Below are positions 27,680 through 40,890 of a DNA stretch of 64,000 nucleotides, piece by piece (the stretch's first letter is position 1; the number at the start of each line of letters is the position of its first letter). This DNA comes from the human T2T-CHM13v2.0 reference genome, Homo sapiens, in the NCBI RefSeq assembly GCF_009914755.1, contig NC_060934.1; one strand, 5' to 3'. Both the position numbers and the translations under genes were made by a program. The notes below the pieces were generated by a model. The model was not told the origin of the DNA. It saw only the letters and a program-made list of their open reading frames with translations, and ran no database searches.

Positions 27680-28068
27680 TTACTAGAGTATAATTTATAA
27701 AAAGAAAAGTGAGCAAATTTTAAGTGTAGAGTGCAATGGATTTTTATCTATGGATACACCTGTGTAACCATGGCCCAGATAAAGATATAGAACATTCCAG
27801 CACCCCCCAAGAGAGCTCCCTGCCCTTTCCAGTGAACACTGGAACATTTTAAGAACATTTATCTAAAGACTGAAATGAGACAATAAAAAAAGAACATACA
27901 TGTGTTGATTCATGACAACACATGGATGCTTCTCAAAGATACCATGTTGAGGGAAGGGAGCCAGATATCAGAGAATACACACGGCACGATTCCATTTAGA
28001 CAAACTGGATCTCAGACAAAGCTACTCTACAGTGTTGGGGTTGGCATAGTGGTTCCCTGAGGGGTAGG
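27680..28068. mobile_element. Old L1 3' fragments (antisense then sense)
   Basis: 'tttaagtgtagagtgcaatgg...tgtgtaaccatggcccagataaagatatagaacattccagcacc'; 'acatggatgcttctcaaagataccatgttgaggg'. Confidence 0.6.
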
Positions 28069-28086
28069 TGTCTACATCATCTCAAG

Positions 28087-28350
28087 CCCTCTGTCTTCAT
28101 CATCTCATGCCTGAGCCAAGCCAGTGACCTCACCATTCACCCAGGGATGCCTCAAGAGCAGCATTTGTCACAAAGTGGCTAACTAACCTAGAAGTGGGCC
28201 ACAACCTGAGAAAGCTTTCTAAGGAACAAAAGGGGTGATTGCCTATAGGTCAGAACTGTCCTCATCAAAAACGAGAAGCAAGTTCAGCCACAGGAGGCAG
28301 AGGCTGTGTTTGTGAAGGGAACATAAATGGCCTTGGAAGTGGTGCAACAA
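28087..28350 (+). repeat. 264-bp direct repeat, copy 1
   Basis: Matches 29804-30067 with 3 substitutions by manual alignment. Confidence 0.95.
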
Positions 28351-28876
28351 TCATTTCTCACACTTTAACAAAATATCCTCATTCAAGAGTTGAAGTGACA
28401 CCTCTGTGTCCACTATGGTGGAGATAAGAAGGAAGTATATGCTCTTTTTAAAAAGCATAAAGCAACGAGATTGCGAACTGTTAGTTTTTGAGCTGCGCAT
28501 TCTAAGAAGAATACAGCTATATTTTTTAATGGAGTCAGTGAAGTTTCAAATAGAATGGATATTCACTGTAAATAAATCATTCTTCAATTCCTTCAATGAA
28601 ATTAATTTCACATTCCTATTATCGCCTGCAATTCGATAACTGCTAATGCTAGTCCAGCAAATATCATTTTGCTAATGAATACAATCATTAGTGTTGTTTT
28701 CATTTTACCGTAAGCCATTATTATTACCGTCTTTCATCTGGATGCATATAAAGTTGCAATAACTTGGTTTCTCTCCCTATGGAATCCAACCATCACAATC
28801 AGCTTCTGACATTCAACCCACCCAACCCAGATATGGTCATCCCCAGAGACAAACGACAAACATCTGGGCAAAGTTC

Positions 28877-29144
28877 CTTTTTTTTTTCAGCATGGAGTCT
28901 CACTCTGTCATCCAGGCTGGAGTAGTAGAGTGGCTCAATCACAGCTCACTGCAACCTTAAACTCCTGGGCTCCAGGAATCCTCCCATCTCAGCCTCCTAA
29001 GTAGTTGGGACTACAAGCGTGAGTCACCACGCTTTGCTTTTCTTTTTTTTTTTTTGGTAGAGATGAGGTCTTTCTATGTTACCCAGGCTGACCTTGAACC
29101 CCCGGCCTCAAGTGATCCTCCCACATGAGCCACCACACCTGGCC
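28877..29144 (-). mobile_element. AluJ-like, internally deleted
   Basis: 'atcacagctcactgcaaccttaaactcctgggctc' is J-type; TSD tgggcaaagttc. Confidence 0.88.
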
Positions 29145-29803
29145 TGGGCAAAGTTCTTAAAAAAAAGCCGCTTTATTCTTCCCACATTGGTGTCTTAACA
29201 GAAAACATAGCGAGCAATACATCAACAACCCACTGCATCAAAAACTGTGATTAAGTGATGTCCACATGTCCTATAAATTGCTTACGACTTTTTTCCTTGT
29301 CATTCTGGAAATAACCTTTACCTGACTCCAACAATTTATGGGGAAAAACAAGCTATATTTTCAATTTGCAGTTTGCAGAAAACAAACTACAACTAGTTTT
29401 TGGTTTTTGGTGTAGTGATGAGGCTGCCTATTGACCTATATCCTGGCGTTTGTTCAGGCACAGATTGAGGATATTCCCGTCTCCAGCAGCAAACCTCCTA
29501 CAACCATTGGAACACCTGTGTCCATGAAGCTTGTTTAAACAAAGCCATGCATGGCTCCGGGGGACCCTTTCAGCCCAGCTGGCACTGCCTGGCAGTGCTT
29601 GGGGAAGGCTTCTTATTTGAAACCTTCCCTGAGATAAGGGGGTGCGTGCGATGAGACCACACAGGGACCTTTCCCCCAGTGCCATCCATACAATGAAGCC
29701 CTCAGCCTCCCCCTGAACCCTGGCCTGTGTAGGAGGCTTCCTGCCTGTTCTGGGAGCCTGGGCCTGGCTGAGATCCTCCTGGCTCATTACCAGCCCAGAG
29801 TCC

Positions 29804-30067
29804 CCCTCTGTCTTCATCATCTCATGCCCGAGCCAAGCCAGTGACCTCACCACTCACCCAGGGATGCCTCAAGAGCAGCATTTGTCACAAAGTGGCTAAC
29901 TAACCTAGAAGTGGGCCACAACCTGAGAAAGCTTTCTACGGAACAAAAGGGGTGATTGCCTATAGGTCAGAACTGTCCTCATCAAAAACGAGAAGCAAGT
30001 TCAGCCACAGGAGGCAGAGGCTGTGTTTGTGAAGGGAACATAAATGGCCTTGGAAGTGGTGCAACAA
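29804..30067 (+). repeat. 264-bp direct repeat, copy 2
   Basis: Matches 28087-28350; offset 1717 bp. Confidence 0.95.
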
Positions 30068-31097
30068 GCAGAAACATAAGTAGTGTAGCCCAGAGCCCTC
30101 TGGAAAGGTTCTTGTCATCAGTGACCCCCGTCGGATCGCATGGCCTCTGATTTTCACAGTCACGGATGGTCTCAGGAGAAAAAACATGTAAACTAGGACT
30201 CAAGCAAGGGGTTTGCTTTTTGCCACTGATTGGTGGACTAATTAATTAGGCTTCCTGGGCAGAAACGGCTCTGCTGCTGGCGGAGCCCCCATACCACGCA
30301 GAGATCTGGGGAGAGAGGAAGGGGCTGGCCAAAATAGTCACACCAGGGGCAAAGTGGGCGAAAAAGGATTAAAAGCTTGTGACAGTGAGAGGGGCATGTG
30401 ACACTCTAGCCAGAGCAACGAGGTTCACTGGTGCCAGGCCTAAGGCACATGCTCCGACCCTAATCAAGTGGTCCCAGAAGGTCTCAGAGCAGCTCTCCCA
30501 TGACTAGGAAGTGGGGGCCCAAACCAGCAGGTGGCCCCCGGCAGTGCTGCTTCTCAAGGGCCCGCTGGGCATGGGAGGGCAGAGACGGGAGAGGTGGTCG
30601 TGGTGAGAACCATAGGTCAGCAGGGATGACACCCCCCGAGCCTTGACTCCACCCATGTTCTTGGGACGTTGCAAGTCCCCAGGAGGAGTCCCAGCAGCAC
30701 AGAAGGCAGGCTGAAGGTGCAGCTTTGGGAAAAGGGCAGGGCTGGCAAGAAGAGGGGTCATGGATTGGAGTAGTACAGACAGATGGGGGACAAACCACTG
30801 AGGTCCCTGTGGAGCCAAACCCCACTTCCCAGGCTGCCAGAGCCACATCCTCCCTGTTTGCCAGTGGCTGGTTTCGTTGGCCACGGGCTTGTTTTTCCAA
30901 CCCACCGTGCTGGCGAATCTGCAGGATCAAGGACAACTATGCCGTGCTTTTTCTTTCTTCCTGACAAGCTCCCATGACGACAACAACAAAATAAAAGAGA
31001 AACAAGGAAAAGAAAGACAACGGCTAAAAAAATAAAATAAAAAGAGCCTACCCAAGGATATTTAGCAGGTGAGTATTTTTAGCTGTAGCTTTCTGAA

Positions 31098-31205
31098 TTC
31101 CGAAGAGCGGAAGAGCCCGGCCGGCGGCGCTGGCTGTGAAGATGGAGCGCCGGCAGTCACGCAGCCGGGGGAGGCTGCAGATTACATTTTCAGGCCTCCC
31201 GGGCT
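31098..31205. promoter_or_regulatory. CpG-rich micro-cluster, candidate regulatory element
   Basis: About a dozen CpGs in ~110 bp ('gagcggaagagcccggccggcggcgctgg...gagcgccggc') against a CpG-depleted background. Confidence 0.35.
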
Positions 31206-33049
31206 TTTGTTCTGTTGAAAGGGACAAGTAACTTTGTCTAGTTTAACCCCCTCTGGCTTGGAGCTTCACAGATGTCAAATCCCTTACGGAGGACACTGCA
31301 TTTCCACAGATGCATGGCCACTAGGCCTCGGTAATGTATCAGAGAAATGAAAACTCCCCACTCCAAGAAATCAGAGATGCCGTTCATTGTTGAAAAATGA
31401 TATTCTAGGGACCCAACACGATGAGAATACCATTATTATAAAGGAAATCCATTCCAAAGCTTCCTATCACATGTGGTACTGCCAAATAAATGATGCAACT
31501 TCATTTAGTAAGAAGAAAATCAATGATATTAAGAACAATTAAACTGTGCCATAGTCTGTAGGTGCAAACCTCACCAAAAGTCACTTCAATAACACATAGT
31601 AAGTGAAGCAACACAGCACAGGCTGCTCATTGTTTTCAAGTGTTCTAGACGGAAGGGCTTCACCTCTGTGCACGTCGTCTTCTTCTTCTTTTTTTTTTTT
31701 TTTAAATGCAGCTCGGTCTTGTAAACACAGAAGATTTTTTAATTTATTCTCTTTTTTTTTCTTGACATTTAACTTTTAAAATGCATTTTTTTCATGCTGA
31801 AAAGCTGGATAATTCTTGGACCGTCCGCAATGATATCATCACCCGGTGGTGCGTGCTCCTCTCTCTGTGGGGACTGAGCTCCTCGGCATATGCACTGTCC
31901 CCGCTGCAGGGCTGGCGGGGTCCCAGGATGGCACTCGAGGGCCTGCGTCCACCAGCATGGCGCATGTTCCCAGAGGCAGAGAAACAGGGCAGGACCCTGC
32001 TGAACCTCTTCACCAAAGCATGCTTTTGCATAGTTCTAGGTGTCTCTGGGCATTGAGGAGCACCCTATCTGTTCCTCCTTCCCCTCGCCCACACTTTCTC
32101 TGGGTCATCCATGCCCCAGCTTCCATGGGCTCCCGTTTACTGCGTACTGGACTGTGGTTCCATCTCGAACTCTCCTCGTAGACCAAGGGCATAAAATCAA
32201 CTCTGGGAATGAAAGTGTCGCAAGGCTTTGCCTGACTCCATAGAAGATGCCGGGCATGACTCACTGACACCTTCGTCCTCCCACGTAATGGGGATAATAT
32301 TTTAAAACATATTTTCAAATGAATTTTCATAACCTATAAATCGTGCTGTCCTCGGGCTCCTTGCCTTGGGGAGAGTGGGTTTTAGTGTTCCAAGGGAAGG
32401 GCTGGCATAGACCGGCTAGGAAAACAAAGTCATTTTTCAGTTTTGACTGGCAAATAGGATTTGTGAGTCCCTAGCAAGCAAAGGTTTTGAAAGCCATGCT
32501 AGATTGGGAGAGAGAAGGATTTACTAAATTCCTTTAGTTGCTATGCAAAGGGCTGGGCCTGCTGGATGAGATCATGGAACTTTTCCATAAGCCTGGGATG
32601 GAATTGTCTCAGGATGTAGGGTACAGAAATTCTTTATCACCCAGGAAGGAAAGGAAGTGCTTCCTGTGTGGGTTGGAGGGGTGTTCGGGATGCAGTAGAT
32701 CCAGTGTGGTGAGGGTGTCGGGGCCAGGATCCTGCCATCTCCCTGTCCCTGGGCCTAGCATGCAGGTGTGGTGACAGGCTAGAATGTGGCCAGTGTGGCC
32801 TGCTGTGCTGGCCCTCCCTGGGGAGGGCTTTTGGCCTCTAGAAGTTGACAACCAACACGGTGCACAGAGGCTGCCTGGCAGGGTGGGCCAGCTGGCTACA
32901 AAGGGAGCCAGTGGCAGGACTCCCGGATCCCTTCTGGCTGTGCAGGGGACACAGGGGACCCTGAAGTTCCCAAAGCCCTAGGAGATAATGCCTTAGAGAT
33001 ATGGGGAGAGAGTCAGTTGGTCAATAAAAGCCTGGAGTTGAAAATGGCA

Positions 33050-33096
33050 AAAATAATAAATAAATAAATAAATAAATAGAAAGAAAGAAAAGAAAA
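33050..33096 (+). repeat. (AAAT)n-(GAAA)n compound microsatellite
   Basis: Direct reading. Confidence 0.85.
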
Positions 33097-34020
33097 TCTG
33101 GGGTCAGAGAGTTTAGCAAGGCAAAGACATATCAGCAGATACCAGACCGGGGACAGACCTGGGGGTCTCTCTGCAGCAGGGAGTAGGACAGGCTGCACAG
33201 TTACCCCACCTTGACGTGCTCACACACAGGCTGACCCCTCAACCCCATGAAGTATAGAAGGGAGAAGCCAGGATTTCAAAATTATGAGCATTTCCCACAA
33301 AGATCCTGAGTCATCCCACCGAGGAAGAATTCTGTGGGGACAAGCTTATGTTTTCCTCCTCACTGCCCAGCAGGGAAGACTCTCACCATAGAAAAAGAAA
33401 GGTGTCGGGCACATGTTTCCCATCTCTCAGCCTCATACAGGCAGCCCTGATTCAACTGTCGGAACTGCTAGCAAGCTCGTGGATGGGCCCCAGCCACCTG
33501 AAAACGTGCAGTCTGCGGATGGCACCCTGACCTGGGTCCTATGAGTAGTGACTGCTGATGGGATGCTCTGAAGTTGGCTGAATGTCTCCCCATCATGAGC
33601 AGGAGCTCCATGCTGGGTGTTACCTGATGCTGTGTCCTCTCCTCAGCCAGAACTGCCCTCCGTCATCTCACAGAAAACTTTACCTTCCTCCAACACGGAT
33701 GACTTTTTACACTTAGCATGTGGCAATGCATTTTCCTGCCATTCCTGCTGTATCCTCCTCCCTGGGCTCTGGCATGTGCTGTTGAGTTTGGGGACCTCTG
33801 TGCGGGCTGATGGCCACACAAGAATCTGAGGCTCCTTTTTTGTGACTCTGGCTCATTTAGGATCAAGGGCCTATGATGAGGGCTTTGCTTTCACTCACTC
33901 AGCTGATGAAAGATCTAGAAATAAAAGTATTTCATTTCTTATGCAAAGTCTGAGCTTCACATGCTGTGACCCACAGTAACCTTCATGGGCCAGGGAAGGG
34001 AGCATTCAGGGAAGACCCGC

Positions 34021-34234
34021 TGGAATGTGAATGGAGCAGGGCTTCCACCCACACCCTGTTGGGACACCCAATCCTCTTCCTGTGGAGATGCAGGAACCTG
34101 ACACCTGTAAGGATTTACTTGTCTCAGGATCCAGTGGAATGTGAATGGAGCAGGGCTTCCACCTACACTCTAATGGGACACCCAATCCTCTTCCTGTGGA
34201 GACGCGGGAAGGTGACACCTGTAAGGATTACTTG
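34021..34234 (+). repeat. Two-copy tandem duplication, 114-bp period, ~90% identical
   Basis: 'tggaatgtgaatggagcagggcttccacc...acacctgtaaggat(t)tacttg' at 34021 and 34135. Confidence 0.92.
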
Positions 34235-34685
34235 CCTGAATTCGTTTGCTTGAGTTTTAACTGAAGAAGAAAATGTGTTTTGGGCTTGTATTCACTTTCT
34301 CTTTTTAGTGTGTGGTGCCTGTAAAGACAAAAGGAAAGTTGAGAATGCACAGGACCCAGTATGAATCTGCAACTCTGAAGGCTGGCCTCTGGGGAGTGCG
34401 GGCGGGGAGAGCCAGGGGTGGGCGGTAGCAACCATCAGCTGCTTGCAGGGAAGCCTCTGGGAGTGGTGCCATTTCAGGTGGGCCAGGAAACAACAAAAGA
34501 CCTAGAGGGCTGCACCTGAGGACAAAAAGTGTTTTGAGTAGGTAAAGTGGAGAGATAAAGGCAAAGAGATTGCAGGTGTTCCTGGAGTTCTATAGAAGAC
34601 CTGGCATTGGAGGAACACGTGTATGGGAGGAGTGAGAGTGTGGTGACGTGAGGCATGGAGCCAGTGTAAATAGAAGCCACGACCC

Positions 34686-35240
<555 letters not shown>

Positions 35241-36355
35241 GCCCTTGGCCCAGGCTGGAGAGTCACTGCACAGCTGAGAGACCCTGTCAAGCAAAGAGCG
35301 GAGCAACACCCACCAGGCCCACATTTCTGAGCAAGCCAGCGGACAGAGCCGCTGGAGCCGTGCTGGGGTATGACCGAGAGCCCCACTTCCCATTTGTCCT
35401 TCCTGTGTGCTATGCGAGGACCTTTAATCCTTGTTGGGCTGATTACAATGTGAAAAGGTTAATTTACTGAGACGATCTGTAATGACTACTGAGAATAATG
35501 GCCAAATAAAAAGATATGCTAAAGGAGTTTAGGGAAGAAAAATGTAGCCTGTACTTTGGGATGTGATTGCATAAAATTGGCCTTTACCATTTGGAAAAGC
35601 ACCTCACTGTGCCTTTCACGGCATTTCATAAACTATGACGTGTGATTGGAGATGCCTTGAGCAGTGCCCGATAAATGACTTTATAGCCATGATTGTGTTC
35701 TTCAGGAAAAGGGAATGCTTCATGGAAAACCAGATAAACCTCGCACAGACTAATAGCATAGAATCTGGCCACTTTGGTTGAATTGATCTATTGTGGACGT
35801 TTCACATGATTTTTATTGATATTTTTCTCTTCTGCAAGCCTCGGAATGTGAGAGGAATTCTACTACAATGGCTTCATACTGAATTTTTAGTGAGAGGAAA
35901 AGCTGGTTTTAAATTGGTGATAATCAGATGTCTATTTTGAGGGGGCGCGAGGGGTATGACAATGGCTAATATGTAATAAAAACAAACACAACCTTTAGCC
36001 CCAGATGCCTCTGGGCCCATGAGTGCCTGTCCCTGTACCTGTGGGAGAAGGCCACACCTGCATTTCCGGGGCGAATCGGCATGTTCTAAAAGCAGGTCCT
36101 GCGGACACACTTGCACGGCAAATAGGGCCAGGCCCTCCCTCAGCTTTTTAACAGGTGGTGAAGTTTCCACAGGAACTTAATTTTCCTCTTTTTTGTAGGA
36201 GAAACTGTTTGTTTCTGGGCTTGAGGGAGGGAATGAAACCAGCAAAGATGAAGAAGTTGAGGACACAGGGATGGGGTCTGAGAGAGGGACCAGCCACAAA
36301 GTGGCTCTGTGGGCCACTTTCATGAGTTTTCCCATGTCGCATTGCCCTGGGATTA

Positions 36356-36595
36356 AAAAAAATAATTGTGATAACAGATACATAACATAAAATTTTCCAT
36401 GTTAATCACCTTAAGTGTATAATTCTGTGGCATTAAGTACATTCACAATGTTATGTAACCATCACCACCTACCTATTTTCAGAACTTTCTCATCTTCCCA
36501 GACATTAACTATCATTGAAAGTGCTCTTTGTTCCCCCTCCCCCAGGCCCTGGCAACCTCTTTTCTACTTTCTGTCTCTATGAATTTGCCTATTTA
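36356..36595 (-). mobile_element. L1MB-like 3' end, antisense
   Basis: 'taagtgtataattctgtggcattaagtacattcacaatgttatgtaaccatcacc...ctactttctgtctctatgaatttgcctat'. Confidence 0.8.
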
Positions 36596-37630
36596 ATTTG
36601 CTTTTCCCTACCGGCTAGTAATGAGTGTCCTTGTCCGTGCTCGTTGGACACGTCCTGGGTTTTCATCTGTATTACAGATAAATAGGAAATGACACCCCAT
36701 GTCCTGGTCTTCATCCAGGTGAGTCACCCACACCACTTTGTCCAGTCTGAACCTGCAAGTGACAGCATGACTCACCCCTGCTGGAGGGAGAGCAAAGAGT
36801 CAGTGGTGAGGGGAGGCCTGCATCTTCTTGAAGAAGGTGGCTCTGACTCAGAGGCCCAGAGGAGTGTCCCTGCTGGAGTGTCCCCTGCAGTTCCGGGTGG
36901 CTAGTGCTGGCTGTATTAACATGAGCCTTGGGCCAGATGGTGCCACTCCGGGGGCCCTGGCTTCTGTGACATGTCTACTGGCTCTCTGAGCCACCCAACC
37001 CAGGAATGGCCAGAGCTCGCCGGCCCTGCCTGTCTGAGAAGAGAAACAGCTGAGTGACTGACATCCTGGGGCCGTGGGCTGGCAGGGCCCTCACCTCTCT
37101 ATAAGACTGGACTCCCACCAGACGTCTTTGCAGGAGTCACCGTCTCCTCCGGAGGTGCCGCCTTCAATTATCAGCATCCAAGGCCCGCCCACTCTGTCCA
37201 GGAACCAGGGCCTGACTCAGGGACCCGAGAGGCAGAGGCTGGTTTCTTGTTTTCCTTCAACGAAGTCAGCCAGCTTAATCTCACCTTGCCTACATCACAG
37301 AGAAGATAGGACAGATTCTGGGGACATCCCGAAATTAACTGTGAAGTGTAGACATTTGCTATTGAATAACTTAAACATTAATGTAATTTAGGCCACATGG
37401 CTACTGAGCTTTAGAATTTATAAAGCCTCTCTCTGCAGATGAAAATGTTCATTTAACCAAATGGAAAAAATATTTTTACATGTCTCATGTCCATACAAGA
37501 TTTATGAAGCCCGTGTTTTTATTTATCAAAATGTGTTGTCATGTGGCCAAATTCACACTTTAAGACTAGGCAGCAGGTGCTCAAACACTGTCAATTCAAA
37601 GGTGCTGGAAGGGACCTCGCTCAAATTCCT

Positions 37631-38005
37631 TGATATTGTTTGCCTGTGTCCCCACCCAAATCTCATCTTGAATTGTAGTTCCCATCATCCCCACAGGTCA
37701 TGGGAGAGACCAGGTGAAGATAATCGAATCATGATGGCCGTTTCCCCCATCCTGTTCTCAGGATAGTGAATGAGTTCTCACGAGATCTGATGGTTTTATA
37801 AGGAGCTCATCCCCCACTTCGCTGGGCACTTTTGCCTCCTGCTGCCGTATGAAGAGGGACGTGTTTGCTTTCCCTCTGCCATGATTGTAAGTTTCCTGAG
37901 GCTTCCGTAGCCCTGCTGAACTGTGAGTCAATTAAACCTCTTTCCTTTATAAATTACTCAGTCTCAAGTATATCTTCATTAGCTGCATGAGAACAGATTA
38001 ATACA
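37631..38005 (+). mobile_element. THE1 (THE1C/D-like) solo LTR
   Basis: TG...CA termini 'tgatattgtttgcctgtgtccccacccaaatctc' to 'gattaataca'. Confidence 0.92.
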
Positions 38006-39471
38006 CTCCCCGTGAACTACTCTAAGGAGAGAGCGGGTCTCCACGCGGCCTCGGTGTGTGCTCAGAACTTCTGACACTAGCAACCTGGCAGCCCAGCCCG
38101 GCGGGGTTCTGTTCTCTCTGCTGCATGGTTTAGCGTGTGGTCATAGTGTGTGTAGGATGGAGACTGAAGGAATCATCCTTCACGCTGATTCATCTGGAAG
38201 AAAAGCCAAGCCCTAATTTTTTAAGCTGAGGGCTCCATGTGTTTATGTATTTAGCACCTCAAGACAGGAGGAAATAATTAGTGGTTTGAGAACACGTTAA
38301 CAAAAAGCAAGAGCTCTTTCAACCTTCGGGCTCATAATATACGTAATTGTAAAGTAACAAGCATACCAGAAGGAAACAATACTCTTTTGTGATGGGGAGG
38401 TTACCCCTCCACCCACCTCCTATACCCCGTGGGATAGCCACAGCATGGACTTCCTGTTCTACCCAGAGCCATAACCAGACAGCTGAATTCATGTATGGTT
38501 CCCAGGACAACAGTGGAGAGGGTGCATTTCTTACCTGGGCAAGGCTGGGAGGGATTCCCATAAAACATCATTTTATTTAATTTGAAGTTATTTTCTGGCA
38601 GGCTTTTCTTCTAATTTGGAACCTAATATTTAAACAACCATTGCTTAAAACACAAGCTGGTGTCAGAATTTTAAGGTGATGACAAGAGTAGAGCAGCTCT
38701 GGGAAAAAGAGAGGTAAGAAGTTCGGTTTTGGATTCCAGCCAAGCGATGGTCCTTTTACTTGTTTATCGATTATGTGTTGGTTCCCAAGGTCGACGAGGA
38801 CTTGGCGACACCTGATTTTTATGTGGCATTTCACAGTGTTTCACTCCTCATCTTCAAGTTGGGAGGAATCAAATATTTCCCTATTAAAATTTGTTCTTCT
38901 ACTTAGTGAATTTATGAGAATGAGAATAAAAATGTACTGGATAATTTTCAGCTCTTTGCAAAAAAAAAAGCCCCTTTAGCGTTGCTGTTGAATTCGGCAG
39001 CCGTGGCCAGAGGGACTGGGGAAGGGAGAGGTGCTTCTGCTGCCTTATTCATCTCCCCAGGGAAACGGAGTTGCTGGATGCCATAATGAAGGGGCTTTGT
39101 TTTTAAGAAGTCGAATGAAAACACTAGATGGTCTTGATAGATGAGCAAATATTTTGCAGGACATTTATCTGTTTACTTTGCAGTAACCACAAAGCGTCTG
39201 TAGGGGGAGTTTTCTTATTACTGTTTTTGAGTTACTAAACGCAGAAAATAATTTCAGGGTTTTCTCCCTTTCGTAACTAATTTGCAGTTAGCTATGTTTG
39301 GTACTGAGGGTAAAATATTTTTGCACAGACAGTCCTTGCTCCTGTTTCGAAAGGCTGGTCTCGGTGCATCTACGATTGCGGCGAATGACAAGAAAACTTC
39401 TGTGGGCATCAGAGGGTTTCAGAGAAACACGGAAAAGTGGAGGACGTTTAAAAATACATTTTGCACATCAG

Positions 39472-39597
39472 CAAGGTCAGGACTAGGGTGCAGGCAGTGA
39501 GGTGCCTAGGTTGCAAAATTTAAGGAGGTTGGGAGTGAGTGCCTGCTGAAATTATAGGCCCTAGGTGCTCCCTGGCCTCCCCCTCCTCCCAGCCCGG
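39472..39597. mobile_element. Palindromic hAT MITE (MER96-like), internally deleted
   Basis: 'ggactagggtg...gaggtgcctaggttgcaaaatttaaggagg' followed by the inverted half 'gagtgagtgcc...ccctaggtgctc..gcctc'. Confidence 0.65.
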
Positions 39598-40309
39598 GGT
39601 GCCAGACATCCAAACTCTGGCTGGCATCCAAGTCCAGCTAAGGGCCCAGGGAGGGTGCGGAGCAGGTAGAAGGAAAGCAGATGCAGGAGTGGGCAGGGGA
39701 GGGACAGGGAGGAGGTGCTGGCTCCTCAGGCTCTGCTCTCCTCTGAAATATGGCCTGGAGAAACGGGAGGGAGGCCAAAAGGGAGCCGTAGTCCCAAGCT
39801 AGAACCCATGTTTCCATCGGATGAGCCGTGACCATGGGCTCCTGGCTGTCTCTGCCATCTGCCTGATGCTGCTCTAAGAGGCAGAGCAAAGGTGCTGGAC
39901 AGCGAGTCCATTTAAGTGGGGAGAATAAGCAGGTGGCTGGGGTCTGGTTTTCGGCAGGTGGCCAAAGGAAAGCAGGAGAGTTCCAGGCCTGGGGACTCCA
40001 CTTAGGACAGGGGACCACCTGGCGGAAATGTCAGTTGCCAGCAGAATGGGACCTGAGGGGAACTCAGCAGGTCTCTCTGATTGTCCCAGGGTGTCTACCT
40101 GGATCCTGCTCCATCAGCAGCATGTGCAGGGGCCTGGGGCTCTCCCGCCCGGAGGGACCGTGCTGGGTTCATTGCTGTTGAAGGCTTGCCCCAGTATGCC
40201 GAAGCAAGTCTGCAGTGAAACCTCAACCAGTAGAAGGAGGGACTCTGCAAAGTCACCTAACCAAGGACGTGGCCCAGGGAAGGGAACAAATTGAGGCCAT
40301 GAATGTAAT

Positions 40310-40890
40310 TGACCATATACATGTGGGCAAGGATGAGGAAACAGCGGTGCTCTTATACTCTATAGGTGAAAATATAAACTGGAAAAATGGTTTTGAAGGC
40401 AATTTGGCAATATCTGTCAAGATTTGAGAAACATGTCCATTGCAAAGAACTTAACCTATAGATAGGTTTACAAAAACACCAAGAGATATGTTCACTGAAG
40501 AATGGTTTGTTAGAAGGGAAAACATTCAAGTAAAGGAACAAAATGAAATTGATCAGGGACTGTTTAAATAAAATATAATATATACATAAATCAGAAAATG
40601 AAAGGCCATCAGAAAGGTTGAGGCAGATCTCCATGTGATGACATGGAATGATATTTGCAGTATTTGTTTAGTGAAAGCAAACTAAAACGCAGTGTGTTTA
40701 ATATTATCTTATTTGTATAAAAACTAAAGGATATGCTTATAGGTACAAAATGAACTGTTGACAGTAGTTGCTTCTGGAAAATGAGACAAAGTGGCTAATG
40801 AAAAATAGATTATAGGTTGACTTTCTATTTTTGTCTTTCTTGATTCTTGATTAATTACTTAACGTATATTACTTTTCTAATCAAAAACAA
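40310..40890 (+). mobile_element. Ancient L1ME/MC 3' fragments
   Basis: 'tttgaaggcaatttggcaatatctgtcaa', 'gacatggaatgatatttgcag', 'aactgttgacagtagttgcttctgg'. Confidence 0.6.

Noticed and set aside
28087-30067. 264-bp direct repeats as LTRs of a small retroelement
   Set aside because: No TG...CA termini, TSD, primer-binding site or polypurine tract. The interior holds an old AluJ while the repeats are ~99% identical.
28239-30150. Two ORFs starting MPIGQNCPHQKREASS as paralogous genes
   Set aside because: By-product of the DNA duplication; non-ATG (TTG) starts.
31098-31205. CpG-island promoter
   Set aside because: Only ~110 bp, below usual island length; kept only as a low-confidence regulatory candidate.
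39472-39597. Novel hairpin
   Set aside because: Explained by a palindromic hAT MITE (MER96-like).
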